DNA from: an uncultured delta proteobacterium
GTDB taxonomy: Bacteria; Myxococcota_A; Polyangia; Fen-1088
Length of the DNA: 64,000 nt
Direction: 5' to 3'
NCBI GenBank assembly: GCA_963737265.1
Contig: CAVTRY010000002.1
Location: 32,001 to 96,000 of the forward strand
A program made the position numbers and the translations under genes. Below, one piece after another: positions 10,443-20,347 of this stretch; position 1 is the stretch's first letter; each line of letters opens with the position of its first letter. Below the pieces are notes generated by a model that had not been told where the DNA came from, did no database searches, and saw nothing but the letters and a program-made list of their open reading frames with translations.

Positions 10443-11051
10443 CTAGGCGAAGTTGTTGAAGTAGCCAATCGACTTGGCCCGTGCCTTCACCTGCTCTTCG
10501 GCTTCAAGTAGCTCGGCGGTCGAGTCCCAGCGGCCGGTGAGAAATTGCTGGCGAACGCCATCGGGCATGCCGAAGGCGTAGCGCTTGCCGGCCACCTCGA
10601 TGGACTTGTCCTGTAGGCTTAGGCGGATTGATGCCGTGGCATCTCTCTCGACTGTGGCCATCAGCGCCTCGATCGTGGCCTGGCTCACCTTGCAGCAGGG
10701 CACGCCGATGGCGACGCAGTTGCCGAAGAAGATCTCGGCGAAGCTTTCGCCCACGACGACCCGCACGCCCCAACGATTGATCGCCTGGGGCGCATGCTCG
10801 CGCGACGATCCGCAGCCGAAGTTCTTGTTTACCAGCAGCACCTGCGCCCCTTGATACGCCGGGTTGTCGAAGGCGTGGCAGGCGCCGGTCGCGCCGAGCT
10901 GGGCGCGGTCGTCCTCGAATGCGTGCTCGCCGAGGCCGTCGAACACCACGGTACGCAGGTAGCGCGCGGGGATGATGCGGTCGGTGTCGATGTCGTTGCC
11001 GCGCAGGGGGATTGCGCGTCCTTCGAACAGATTGCGTTTGACGTCTTCCAT
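10443..11051 (-). CDS. leuD: 3-isopropylmalate dehydratase small subunit
   Basis: DIDTDRIIP and [11 protein letters not shown] motifs. Confidence 0.95.
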   Translation of the reverse strand: MEDVKRNLFEGRAIPLRGNDIDTDRIIPARYLRTVVFDGLGEHAFEDDRAQLGATGACHAFDNPAYQGAQVLLVNKNFGCGSSREHAPQAINRWGVRVVVGESFAEIFFGNCVAIGVPCCKVSQATIEALMATVERDATASIRLSLQDKSIEVAGKRYAFGMPDGVRQQFLTGRWDSTAELLEAEEQVKARAKSIGYFNNFA

Positions 11052-11069
11052 GGTTGTCGATCCCTTTCC

Positions 11070-12491
11070 TTAGCCAATCCCAAAGATCTTGCGTGCGTCC
11101 GCGACCTTGCCGGTGATGGCGGCGGCGGCCACCATGAGCGGGCTCATGAGCAGGGTGCGGCCTTGCGGCGATCCCTGGCGCCCTTTGAAGTTGCGATTCG
11201 ACGACGAGGCGCAGACCTCGCGGCCGGCCAGCTTGTCCGGGTTCATCGCCAGGCACATCGAGCAGCCGGCCTCGCGAAACATGAAGCCGGCGTCGCTGAA
11301 CACCTTGTCCCAGCCGCGCGCCAACATGTCGTTGCGCACCTGCTCTGAACCAGGCACTACCAAGGCGCGCACATTCGGCTGTACCTTGTATTTGCCGGCC
11401 TTGAGGACCTTCACCACCTCTTCGAAATCGGACAGGCGGCCGTTGGTGCACGACCCGATGAAGGCGACGTCGATCTTGGTTCCCACGATGGGCTGGCCGG
11501 GCTGGAAATCCATGTACGCATAGGCCTCTCGCACGGAATCGCGCTCGTTCTCGCCGAACGATTCGGCAGACGGGATGGCGGCGTCCACGGCGACCGACTG
11601 CGCCGGCGTGATGCCCCAGGTCACCACGGGCGGGATGTCTTCGGCGCGGATGCGAACCACGTCGTCGTAGCTTGCGCCGGAATCGCTTTTGACGCTTTCC
11701 CAGTAAGCCACTGCGCGATCCCAGGCCAGACCTTTAGGAGAATACTCGCGACCCTTGAGATAGGCGTACGTTGTCTGGTCGGGATTGACGTAACCGCAGC
11801 GCGCGCCGCCCTCGATGCTCATGTTACAGACGGTCATGCGCTCGTCCATGGTGAAGCGGTCGAAGAGATCGCCGCCGTATTCGTAGGCGAAGCCCACGCC
11901 GCCGTTCACGCCGAGAAGCTGAATGATGTAGAGGATCACGTCCTTGGCGTACACGCCCGGGCGCAGGTTGCCGGTGACTTCGATGCGCCGGACTTTGAGC
12001 TTTTCCATGGCCAGGGTCTGCGTCGCCAACACGTCGCGGATCTGTGAGGTGCCGATGCCGAAGGCGAGCGCGCCGAAGGCGCCGTGGGTGGCTGTGTGCG
12101 AATCGCCGCAGCAGATGGTCATGCCGGGCTGGGTGAGGCCGCGCTCGGGGCCGACGACGTGGACGATGCCGTTTTCGTTGGCAGCGGGCGAAAAGAAGCG
12201 GATGCCGAAGTCTTTCACGGACTTCTCCAGGCTTTGCAGCATCTCTTCCGCCATGGCGTCCTGGTATGGACGCAACTTGGTGTGCGTGGGCACGATGTGG
12301 TCCACGGTGGCGAAGGTTCGCTCGGGAAACAGGACCTTCAGTTTGCGCTCGCGAATCATGGCGAAGGCCTGCGGAGAGGTTACTTCGTGCAGCAGGTGCA
12401 AGCCCATGAGCAGTTGGGCCTGCCCCGACGGCAGTTGGCGAACGACGTGTCGGTCGAAGACTTTTTCGTACAGCGTTTGGGCCATGGTCAT
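11070..12491 (-). CDS. leuC: 3-isopropylmalate dehydratase large subunit
   Basis: [23 protein letters not shown] and NRNFKGRQG motifs. Confidence 0.96.
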   Translation of the reverse strand: MTMAQTLYEKVFDRHVVRQLPSGQAQLLMGLHLLHEVTSPQAFAMIRERKLKVLFPERTFATVDHIVPTHTKLRPYQDAMAEEMLQSLEKSVKDFGIRFFSPAANENGIVHVVGPERGLTQPGMTICCGDSHTATHGAFGALAFGIGTSQIRDVLATQTLAMEKLKVRRIEVTGNLRPGVYAKDVILYIIQLLGVNGGVGFAYEYGGDLFDRFTMDERMTVCNMSIEGGARCGYVNPDQTTYAYLKGREYSPKGLAWDRAVAYWESVKSDSGASYDDVVRIRAEDIPPVVTWGITPAQSVAVDAAIPSAESFGENERDSVREAYAYMDFQPGQPIVGTKIDVAFIGSCTNGRLSDFEEVVKVLKAGKYKVQPNVRALVVPGSEQVRNDMLARGWDKVFSDAGFMFREAGCSMCLAMNPDKLAGREVCASSSNRNFKGRQGSPQGRTLLMSPLMVAAAAITGKVADARKIFGIG

Positions 12492-12964
12492 TTGTCCTTG
12501 TTCATGCTTGCGTACTCATCCAGACGTTCGGTCAGGGTGCTTCCGAAGGTGACGAAATTTTCGATCTGGGCGCGGTCGAGCGGCAGCCAGATCTTTTCGA
12601 TGGCCAGCTCGCGCTCCTCGCGCAGGGTTTGCAGAATGCGCTTGCCCCTGGCGGTCAGGACATAGTCGCGTTGCCGGCCGTCGGACTTGGACAGGCTGAC
12701 GCTGATGAGATTCTTGCCGAGAAGCTGGCGCAGGGTTTTGGAAACCGCTGCGGGCGAGCTTTCGCGCGTCTTCGCGAACATGCTGGGCATGAAGTGCTCG
12801 CGCGAGATTTCTTCAAGAACGCCCCACTGTCCGTCGCTGAGCCCCACCGAAAAGGCGAGCTGTTCGCGGCGGCGCGCAAAAGAGCCGGTCAGGCGGCCGA
12901 GGCAAGCGATGGCCGCGTGGACCGCGGCCAAGTCGGCGCGAGAGCCGGTGCGGTTGCTTGCCAT
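12488..12964 (-). CDS. MarR family transcriptional regulator
   Basis: wHTH with [13 protein letters not shown] wing motif; overlaps leuC start. Confidence 0.88.
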   Translation of the reverse strand: MASNRTGSRADLAAVHAAIACLGRLTGSFARRREQLAFSVGLSDGQWGVLEEISREHFMPSMFAKTRESSPAAVSKTLRQLLGKNLISVSLSKSDGRQRDYVLTARGKRILQTLREERELAIEKIWLPLDRAQIENFVTFGSTLTERLDEYASMNKDK

Positions 12965-12999
12965 GGATAAATAGTTAACCTTGGTTAACTAAAAGTCAA
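12965..12999 (-). promoter_or_regulatory. Putative sigma70 promoter (TTGACT-17-AACTAT) with perfect inverted repeat TAGTTAACC-tt-GGTTAACTA (12972..12991), likely MarR operator
   Basis: AT-rich 9-bp-arm inverted repeat between the -35 and -10 elements, immediately upstream of the marR ATG. Confidence 0.7.
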
Positions 13000-13064
13000 G
13001 GGCGATCATCGCGCGGGCTTCTCACCGTCGATTTCAGATTTCGGCCACCGGTCACAGCGAAGTT

Positions 13065-13107
13065 GCGCGCCCGGAGGGAATCGAACCCCCAGCCCTCGGC
13101 TTCGAAG
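13065..13107 (-). repeat. 43-bp copy of the tRNA-Arg 3' half (att site), identical to 20961..21003
   Basis: gcgcgcccggagggaatcgaacccccagccctcggcttcgaag at both positions; identity ends at the anticodon loop. Confidence 0.95.
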
Positions 13108-13157
13108 ATCTGCACGATACATCGCAGGGCGTATCCGATGGTAGTAAATTGTTGGAA

Positions 13158-13170
13158 AATCAACGAGTTA
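13158..13170 (+). promoter_or_regulatory. IHF consensus site near the left att
   Basis: AATCAACGAGTTA matches WATCAANNNNTTR; a second match AATCAGCAGGTTG lies at 20833..20845. Confidence 0.6.
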
Positions 13171-13221
13171 CGCATGGAGACCTTAGCCGCGAGTCGCCAC
13201 AAATTGCACCGAATAGCCAAC

Positions 13222-13243
13222 CGTTTGGTGCAATAGTGGTACA
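13222..13243 (+). repeat. 22-bp repeat CGTTTGGTGCAATAGTGGTACA (putative integrase arm-type site); copies at 20756..20777 (exact) and ~20575..20593 (degenerate)
   Basis: Direct sequence identity; internal tandem TGGTGCA/TGGTACA at 11-bp spacing. Confidence 0.8.
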
Positions 13244-13293
13244 AGAAATTTCGGAAGCCGAGGGTAGGGGGGTCCGCGACTGTCGGCCCCTTT

Positions 13294-13458
13294 CTGACCG
13301 TTCGTGAGGTGGCGGCGCGGCTGCGCGTGTGCATGGCTACCGTATACAGCCTGTGCGAGTCCGGCGGGCTAACGCACGTGCGCCTGAACAACGCGATCCG
13401 GGTGGCCGAGGGGGACTTGCGGCACTACTTGGAGAAGGTCTCGAAAGGTCCACGATGA
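13294..13458 (+). CDS. Excisionase-like HTH_17 DNA-binding protein (start uncertain)
   Basis: Manual translation LTVREVAARLRVCMATVYSLCESGGLTHVRLNNAIRVAEGDL; below ORF-track cutoff; adjacent to att. Confidence 0.8.
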   Translation: MTVREVAARLRVCMATVYSLCESGGLTHVRLNNAIRVAEGDLRHYLEKVSKGPR

Positions 13459-13625
13459 GGATCGAGGTCGGAGTCTCGCCGAAGGCGACAGACGCCTCGA
13501 TCAGCATTATCGTTTGGGTGAAGATGATCAAGGCCATGGTGTTCGCTGTGAACGATGTCGATGCCCAGCCTGCCGAGAGGGTGCGGGTGCCCATGCCCGA
13601 TAGGTCACGAGAGGTAGCTGTATGA
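13455..13625 (+). CDS. Small 56-aa hypothetical ORF
   Basis: ATGA overlaps with both the upstream xis stop and the downstream gene start. Confidence 0.3.
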   Translation: MRIEVGVSPKATDASISIIVWVKMIKAMVFAVNDVDAQPAERVRVPMPDRSREVAV

Positions 13626-15121
13626 GCCCGACCCGCTCGGCCGAGTACATGGCCGGCCTCGTCCGCGAGGTGTGCAAACTCCCTCGCGAGACCGAATGGG
13701 TGGAGTTCAAGGAGAACAAGGCCGAGCCGCAGGAGATCGGTGAGTACCTCTCGGCTCTCGCCAACGCTGCTGCCCTGGCGGGCAAGGCTTTCGCCTATCT
13801 CGCGTGGGGCGTGAATGATGAGTCTCACCATGTTGGCGGCACGCATTTCGTACCGACGGCCACGAAGGTGGGCAACGAAGAACTTGAAAGCTGGCTGCTT
13901 CGACTGCTCACGCCCAAGATCCAATTTCGATTCTTCGATGTCGACATGGACGGCAAGCGCGTCGTTCTCCTGGAGATCGAGCGCGCCTCCCGGCAACCTG
14001 TTCAGTTCCAGGGCCAGGAGTACATTCGCGTTGGCACCTACAAGAAGAAGCTCAAGGACTTCCCCGAGAAGGAACGAACGCTTTGGCGCATCTTTGACCG
14101 AATACCCTTCGAGGATGGAATCGCCCGAGAGCATGTGAGCGATGACGAAGTCTTGAGGATCATCGACTACCCGAGCTACTTCGATCTGCTTGACCGACCT
14201 CTCCCCGACGGCAAACAAGGTGTCCTCGGTGCGCTGGAAGAGGACACCTTGATCCGCAGATGTGATGCCGGCGGCTGGAACATAACCAACCTTGGCGCCG
14301 CGCTGTTCGCGAGACGCCTGGACGACTTCGCGGGGCTTGGTCGCAAGGCCGTTCGCGTGATCGTCTACCAGGGCAACAACCGAATCGAGACGGTCAAGGA
14401 ACAGATCGGCGGCAAGGGCTATGGGAGCGGCTTCGAGGGGCTCATCGCGTTCATCAACGATCTGGTTCCGTCCAACGAGGTGATCGGGCAAGCGTTGCGC
14501 AAGACCGTGCCGATGTACCCGGAGCTCGCGGTTCGCGAACTCGTCGCCAATGCCCTCATCCACCAGGATTTCTTCGTCACCGGGGCGGGACCCACGGTGG
14601 AGATCTTCGCCGACCGAATGGAGGTCACGAATCCAGGTGAGCCACTGGTAGCGGCAGATCGATTCTTGGACACGCCCCCCAAGTCTCGCAACGAGGCACT
14701 GGCTTCTCTGATGAGGCGCATGGGCGTCTGTGAGGAGCGCGGAAGCGGCGTCGACAAGGTTGTGTCTCAGACGGAGTTGTTCCAGCTCCCCGCACCGCTC
14801 TTTGAAGTGACGGGGGAATCGACGCGCGCGGTGCTCTTTGCACACCGTCCACTGACCAAGATGGACAAGGATGACCGCGTGCGCGCCTGCTATCTCCACG
14901 CTTGCCTGAAGTACGTCAGCCGCGATTGCCTGACGAACACCTCTCTTCGCGAGCGGTTCGGGATCGACCCGCAGAACAGCGCCACGGCATCTCGCATCAT
15001 CAAGGAAGCAGTGGAGGCGCGCGCCATTGCGCCGGTTGATGAAGACGCCGCGAAGAAGCTCATGAAATACGTTCCGTGGTGGGCCGCGGGGCGGCGACCG
15101 GTGGAAGGAAGGGCGCCGTAA
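13622..15121 (+). CDS. AlbA_2 (Schlafen-like) + HATPase_c_4 (RecG C-terminal-like) + wHTH protein
   Basis: ETEWVEFKEN/SALAN N-terminus; RELVANALIHQDF, NPG, SRN and EERGSG motifs; LTNTSLRERFG wHTH. Confidence 0.85.
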   Translation: MSPTRSAEYMAGLVREVCKLPRETEWVEFKENKAEPQEIGEYLSALANAAALAGKAFAYLAWGVNDESHHVGGTHFVPTATKVGNEELESWLLRLLTPKIQFRFFDVDMDGKRVVLLEIERASRQPVQFQGQEYIRVGTYKKKLKDFPEKERTLWRIFDRIPFEDGIAREHVSDDEVLRIIDYPSYFDLLDRPLPDGKQGVLGALEEDTLIRRCDAGGWNITNLGAALFARRLDDFAGLGRKAVRVIVYQGNNRIETVKEQIGGKGYGSGFEGLIAFINDLVPSNEVIGQALRKTVPMYPELAVRELVANALIHQDFFVTGAGPTVEIFADRMEVTNPGEPLVAADRFLDTPPKSRNEALASLMRRMGVCEERGSGVDKVVSQTELFQLPAPLFEVTGESTRAVLFAHRPLTKMDKDDRVRACYLHACLKYVSRDCLTNTSLRERFGIDPQNSATASRIIKEAVEARAIAPVDEDAAKKLMKYVPWWAAGRRPVEGRAP

Positions 15122-15191
15122 CTTCATTTGATGGCCGCGCCGATAGCGAACCTGCTATGGCAAAAAACATGTGTGTCTGCAGTAGGTTAGC

Positions 15192-15971
15192 TCATTTGAT
15201 GGGTATTTGATCGGGAAGAGTTTGGCTTGTTGCAGCTTGACCAGTTGGGCCAGTCGACGCGCCATCAAGCCCGACTTTCTGAAGACCGGTCTCGAGATCG
15301 CGAACTTCGTCGAGGAATGCGGCTGCATCGCGACCTTTACCTTGTGCAGCCTTCCACTCCCACTCGAGCAGGCACTTTGTCGCCTTGGGACCGAGACAAC
15401 AGTCTTCACCGATGCCCTCCACGACCCAGTCGGGCTGGCCCGCATACAGTCCCTCGTCCATCTCGCGAATCGCCTGGGTAAAGCTGAAGCCAGGATCGAT
15501 GCCCTCGGCGATGACCCTCGGAATCAGGCTGTGCATCTTCGCCGCGACAGCGTCCAGATCCAGTCCGATGGAATACGTGTCGATGTACGGTGGTTCCCAG
15601 TCGGCGTCCTGATGAACGTAGTCGCCGGTTTCGGCGGCGGATTCGTCAACGATGCGAGTCCATTCTTGCCAAAGCCGGTCCCATTCCTGCCGGAGCTTTC
15701 CCTTCCCCGCTGCGGGCACGGTGGCCTTTTGACTTCGAGCGGGCTTGCGCGGCGGATCGAGCGCGGGGATCAACGCCGCCGCGGTTTCTGGGGCGACTCG
15801 GGCGAGTAGTCGTTTTCGGGAAGCGTTGTCCAGAACCAGGAGTGATGACGCGACCACGCGGCGAATCTCTTCCTCGGAGAGCGCTTCCTCGAGACGTCGA
15901 AGCAATGCGTCCTCCTCCGGCAAAGCCCCGAATGACTTCTTGTGGGAGGACCGCCTAGAACGCTGGAACAT
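15192..15971 (-). CDS. Hypothetical protein, possibly C-terminally truncated
   Basis: 259-aa ORF with protein-like composition; last ~20 aa run into an AT-richer repeat zone. Confidence 0.55.
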   Translation of the reverse strand: MFQRSRRSSHKKSFGALPEEDALLRRLEEALSEEEIRRVVASSLLVLDNASRKRLLARVAPETAAALIPALDPPRKPARSQKATVPAAGKGKLRQEWDRLWQEWTRIVDESAAETGDYVHQDADWEPPYIDTYSIGLDLDAVAAKMHSLIPRVIAEGIDPGFSFTQAIREMDEGLYAGQPDWVVEGIGEDCCLGPKATKCLLEWEWKAAQGKGRDAAAFLDEVRDLETGLQKVGLDGASTGPTGQAATSQTLPDQIPIK

Positions 15972-16036
15972 AGGTGCAGAGTATCTTGTGTAGCCTATGG
16001 CGGATCAAGCTCACATGCAAGTACCGAAAGCGACAT

Positions 16037-17818
16037 GGGTGGGTTGCACGGGCCCGGGTTCTGGTGGCGGCTGAAGGGCCCGTTTTCCGAGCGCGCTACG
16101 GGACGTTGATTCGAGGGCGAGTTGGTGGGTGGCGCGCTCGGAAAACGGGCCCTGGCGTGGTTCCCAAAATGGAAGGAATTTGCGTAGGAAGGAGATTCAT
16201 GGCGATGCCTTCAGCTATCCAAGAAGGAGGCACCGCCATGAGACGACCCAATGTCGCAGGATTGACTTTGCAGGCTCTGGAACCGCTCGTCCAGAAATTG
16301 AACGAGCTCGAACAACAAGCGCTGCGCGGCGATGGCATGTCCGTGGCGACGCTGGGGGCTGCGCTGGCGACGACGTTGTCGACTGTGGGCCGAAGAGCCA
16401 TGGAACTGGTCATCCAGCAGGCCGCGCGGGCTCATGGACCTGGACAAGTCTGCACCTGTGGAAAGCAAGCCAAATCCAGAGGATTTGAGAGAACGACGTT
16501 CGTGGCGAGATTCGGTCGGGTGGAAGCCGATCGTCGACGCAACGAGTGTGTTTGCGGCCGCAGCTGGTTTGCCTTTGACGAGGCTTGGGGCCTTCCTGCG
16601 GGCGAATACGCCGACGATGTGCGCGAGGCGACCGAAAGGCTGGCCTGCCGGATGGGCAGCTTCGACGAGGCCGTCGAGGAACTCCGTTACCTGTGGGCCG
16701 TGGCTCCCGACGGGAGCACCGCCAAGCGATGGGTGACCGAAGATGGAACGCGTGCCGCCCAGGCCGCCCAGGCCGATGCCGAAGCCCATTGGAGCAAGTA
16801 CGACCAACAGGTGCACGCCCAGGCTCGCGGTGACCTGTGTGCGCCCAAGCGTACAGAGGGCTTCGGCGTGATCGAGGTTGACGGTGTTCACGTCCTGACC
16901 TGGAAACCAGGACAAGAGCCACGGCGCAAAGCGACCGACGAGGCGAAGGCGCCGTCTGCGGTCCCGAACGCCACACAGTCGGCAGCGGTCAGCGAGACCG
17001 GCGAACGTGCCCTTCGCCATCAGGCGCCGAGTACCCTGTCCGAGGTCGCTGGCTCGCCCATGGGGCCCACCGGGCGCTCACCACGGGTCGCCGGCCGCGA
17101 GGTGTGCATGGGACTGACCTACCTCGGGGAACACGCCTGCGAGGAGAGCCCCGGCCGAGGCGTCTTGCTGGACCGGCGCTACGTCGCAACACTCAACGAC
17201 CGAGACGGCTTTTGGCACAAGCTGCACGCCGCCGCCACGACCCAGGGCGTGCTGTCTCGCCAGAAGGTAGTCCGTGTCTCCGACGGTGGCGCTTACTTCA
17301 TCGAGCACAGCGACGAGATCTTCTGCGACCAGCCGTTGCTTGGCATCCTCGACTGCCAGCACGCCAAGCAGCATGTCTGGGAGGCAGGTCACAAGGTCGT
17401 GCCGGACAAGAAAGCAGTGCCATCTTGGGTCTTGCCACGTACCGAGGCCATCATGGACGGCAAGGTCGACCAGGTGCTCTCGGGCCTCGCCCAAGAGCGG
17501 CAGCGCTCCACCGGCAGCCAAGCGGTCAAAGCCCTCGACGACTTGACCGGCTACCTGAGCCGCCACAAGCACATGATGGACTACCCCGCATACCACGCTG
17601 CCGGCTATCCGCTGGCCAGTGCCGCCATCGAAAGCACCAACAAGCGCCTCGTCGGCCGGCGCTGCAAGCAAGGCGGCATGCTCTGGAGCGAGGTCGGCCT
17701 TGAAGCCATGGTCGCGCTCAGGGTTGCCTTCTACAACCCGGGGGCCTGGCTCGCCCTCTGGCCTCACACCCAAGCCCAGGCCGCCCAGTCATGAAACCCG
17801 GACCCGTGCAACCCACCC
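16037..17818 (+). mobile_element. ISKra4-like insertion sequence (1782 bp) with 24-bp TIRs and 9-bp TSD AAGCGACAT
   Basis: TIR 16037..16060 vs 17795..17818 match 23/24; TSD at 16028..16036 and 17819..17827. Confidence 0.92.
16238..17794 (+). CDS. ISKra4/ISLre2-like DDE transposase
   Basis: CTCG...CVCG Zn motif; EVDG, SDGG, LDCQH and ASAAIES motifs; W near the C-terminus; SD AGGAGG. Confidence 0.88.
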   Translation: MRRPNVAGLTLQALEPLVQKLNELEQQALRGDGMSVATLGAALATTLSTVGRRAMELVIQQAARAHGPGQVCTCGKQAKSRGFERTTFVARFGRVEADRRRNECVCGRSWFAFDEAWGLPAGEYADDVREATERLACRMGSFDEAVEELRYLWAVAPDGSTAKRWVTEDGTRAAQAAQADAEAHWSKYDQQVHAQARGDLCAPKRTEGFGVIEVDGVHVLTWKPGQEPRRKATDEAKAPSAVPNATQSAAVSETGERALRHQAPSTLSEVAGSPMGPTGRSPRVAGREVCMGLTYLGEHACEESPGRGVLLDRRYVATLNDRDGFWHKLHAAATTQGVLSRQKVVRVSDGGAYFIEHSDEIFCDQPLLGILDCQHAKQHVWEAGHKVVPDKKAVPSWVLPRTEAIMDGKVDQVLSGLAQERQRSTGSQAVKALDDLTGYLSRHKHMMDYPAYHAAGYPLASAAIESTNKRLVGRRCKQGGMLWSEVGLEAMVALRVAFYNPGAWLALWPHTQAQAAQS

Positions 17819-17849
17819 AAGCGACATCCTCCATGTACGATCCCACCGC

Positions 17850-20347
17850 TTGGGAGAAAATGATCAGCAGGATCTTTTCGCCAAGGCGATCGACGAATCC
17901 GAGGCGGAACTTGAGCGCCTGACCCGCACCGGGGCCGAGGCGCGCGCGAAGGTTATGGCCCTGCGACAATCGCTGACTGATGTCGCACCGATTCGCTCGG
18001 ACGTAACCCCAATGGCCCAGTCCATGCCGCCGCGGAAATCCATGGGGAAGGTCCGTATCTTCGGGGAACGCTTCCGTGGTCGTTCCGATGTCTTCCCGCG
18101 ACGGTGGGAAAACGCCAAGTCGCACAAGTCTGGTTACTCGCCAGCCTGCGGAAACGAATGGGTCCACGGTCTCTGCGGCAAGCCGAAATTAGGTGCTCTG
18201 AATGTCCGAATCAGGCATTCCTGCCTCTGGATGATCACGCATTGCTCGGTCATCTGACGGGCAAGCATACCATCGGCGTGTACGCGCTGTTGCCCGGTGA
18301 CACATGCTGGTTTGTCGCAGCAGACTTCGACGAAGCCGGCTGGAAAGACGATGTCTCCGCTTTTTCTGAAACATGTAGGAAGGCGGGCCTTCCAGTCGCC
18401 ATCGAACGTTCGCGCTCCGGCAATGGAGCGCACGCCTGGTTCTTCTTCGCCGAGCCGATTCCGGCCTGTCATGCGCGGCAAATGGCTTCCTTCCTTCTGA
18501 CAGAAACCATGTCCCGGCGGCACGAACTGAGTCTCCAGTCCTACGATCGGTTGTTCCCTTCGCAGGACACCCTGCCGCGGGGCGGGTTCGGAAACCTTAT
18601 AGCCTTGCCGTTCCAACACCAACCTCGCCAAAATGGAAATTCCCTATTCCTCGACGACGATTTGGAGCCCTTCGGCTGGGAAGAACAGTGGCGGTTCCTG
18701 GCGTCGGTGCCACTGCTGGCCGCAGACCAGGTGCGAAGGATCGCCGACGAAGCTTCTCGCAGCGGTCGCGCACTCGGAGTCCGCGCGCCCGAGTCCGAAG
18801 ACGAGGACCTGCTACCGCCTGCGCGCAAAGGCCGGGATGGAGCCCCACCGATCACAGTCCCGTTGCCACCCGAAATCCCCGCCAGCTTGGCCGAACGGAT
18901 AGTTGTCGTGAAAGCCGGCCTTCCTTCGGCTCTGATAAGCCGTCTCAAGCGTTTGGCCGCCTTCCAGAATCCAGAATTCTACAAGCGACAGCGCTTCCGG
19001 CTCTCGACGGCACTCGTGCCCCGCGTGATCTCGTGCGCCGAGGAGTCCTCAACAAACCTAATGCTGCCGCGAGGGTGTCGTGGTGACATTGAGGCGCTGC
19101 TCCTCGCCAACAACTCCCGTCTGGTCCTCGATGATCGACGGCAATCAGGATCGCCAGCGCCATTCTCATTCCGCGGCGAGCTGACGGCTCGACAACGCGA
19201 GGCCGCCGATGCGGTGTTGGGCCAGGACTTTGGCGTTCTCGTCGCCCCACCAGGTGCCGGCAAGACGGTGATCGGGACCTACCTCATCGCCGCGCGTAGG
19301 GTGAATTCCCTCGTCCTCGTGCACCGATGGCCATTGCTGGATCCGTGGGTAAGCAAGCTTGCCATGTTCCTGGGCCTCCCCATCAACGAGATTGGCCAGT
19401 TCGCCGGTGGAAGGAAGAAGGGAAATGGGCGACTGGACGTTGCCATGATTCAGAGCCTGTCTCGCGACGACGACGCGGGAGAGCGCCTGGCAGGCTACGG
19501 CCAAGTCATCGTTGACGAGTGTCACCATGTGCCGGCTTTCTCGTTCGAGCGCGTGATCAAAAAGGTAAAGGCTCGATTTCTGGTCGGGCTGACCGCTACG
19601 CCCCGAAGGCGGGATGGACATCATCCAATCTGCGAGATGCAACTCGGCCCTGTCGTATTCGCATTCGACGCCAAGGCCGAGGCAGCGGCGCGACCCTTCG
19701 AGCACAAACTGATTCCACGCGAAACCGCATTCACCAATTCGAAACCGGATCTCAGCATTCAGGAGATCTGCCGGGAATTGGCCAGCGACCAGTCCCGCAA
19801 CGAAATGATTGTCCGTGACGTCGCTCATGCCCTCGATGGAGGCCGTGTTCCTCTCGTCCTCACTGAACGAAAGGACCACCTCAACCTGCTCGCCGAGTTG
19901 CTTCGGAGTGTCAGTCGTCATGTCATCGTCATGCGCGGCGGGATGGTTGCCAGCGAGAATCGCGCCGTTTTCGAACGCCTGACCAGACAAGCCGCTTCTG
20001 GTGAACGAGTCATCATCGCCACGGGCCGCTACATCGGGGAGGGCTTCGACGATGCCAGACTTGACACCCTGTTTTTGACCATGCCGATTTCAGGGAGGGG
20101 AACCTTGATCCAGTACACGGGTCGGATCCACCGGCTGCACCCAGCCAAGCAAGATGTCCGCATCTACGACTACGTTGATGTTCAGGTGCCTGTGCTCACC
20201 CGAATGTTTGCCAAGCGTCTGCGTGGCTATCGCTCGCTCGGCTACGCCCAAGATGAAGCGCCATTGGGTTTCGGTGAGATCGACGACGACTTCGTTCTCG
20301 GCCGGGATTGGGCAGAAACGGACGGCGACGACGATGAGCTGGCGTAG
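17850..20347 (+). pseudogene. TOTE-type archaeo-eukaryotic primase domain + SF2 (DEAD/ResIII) helicase, with a -1 frameshift at ~18187 (main ORF 18104..20347)
   Basis: FRGRSDVF..GYSPACGNEW joins CSEC..AADFD..ERSRSGNGAHAW..GNLIALP; helicase motifs PPGAGKT, DECHH, LTAT, EGFD, QYTGR. Confidence 0.8.

Noticed and set aside
13065-13107. Second tRNA gene
   Set aside because: Only the 3' half is present; no D arm or 5' acceptor strand.
15974-16237. N-terminal extension of the transposase
   Set aside because: It crosses the IS left TIR; SD-supported starts are at 16199 or 16238.
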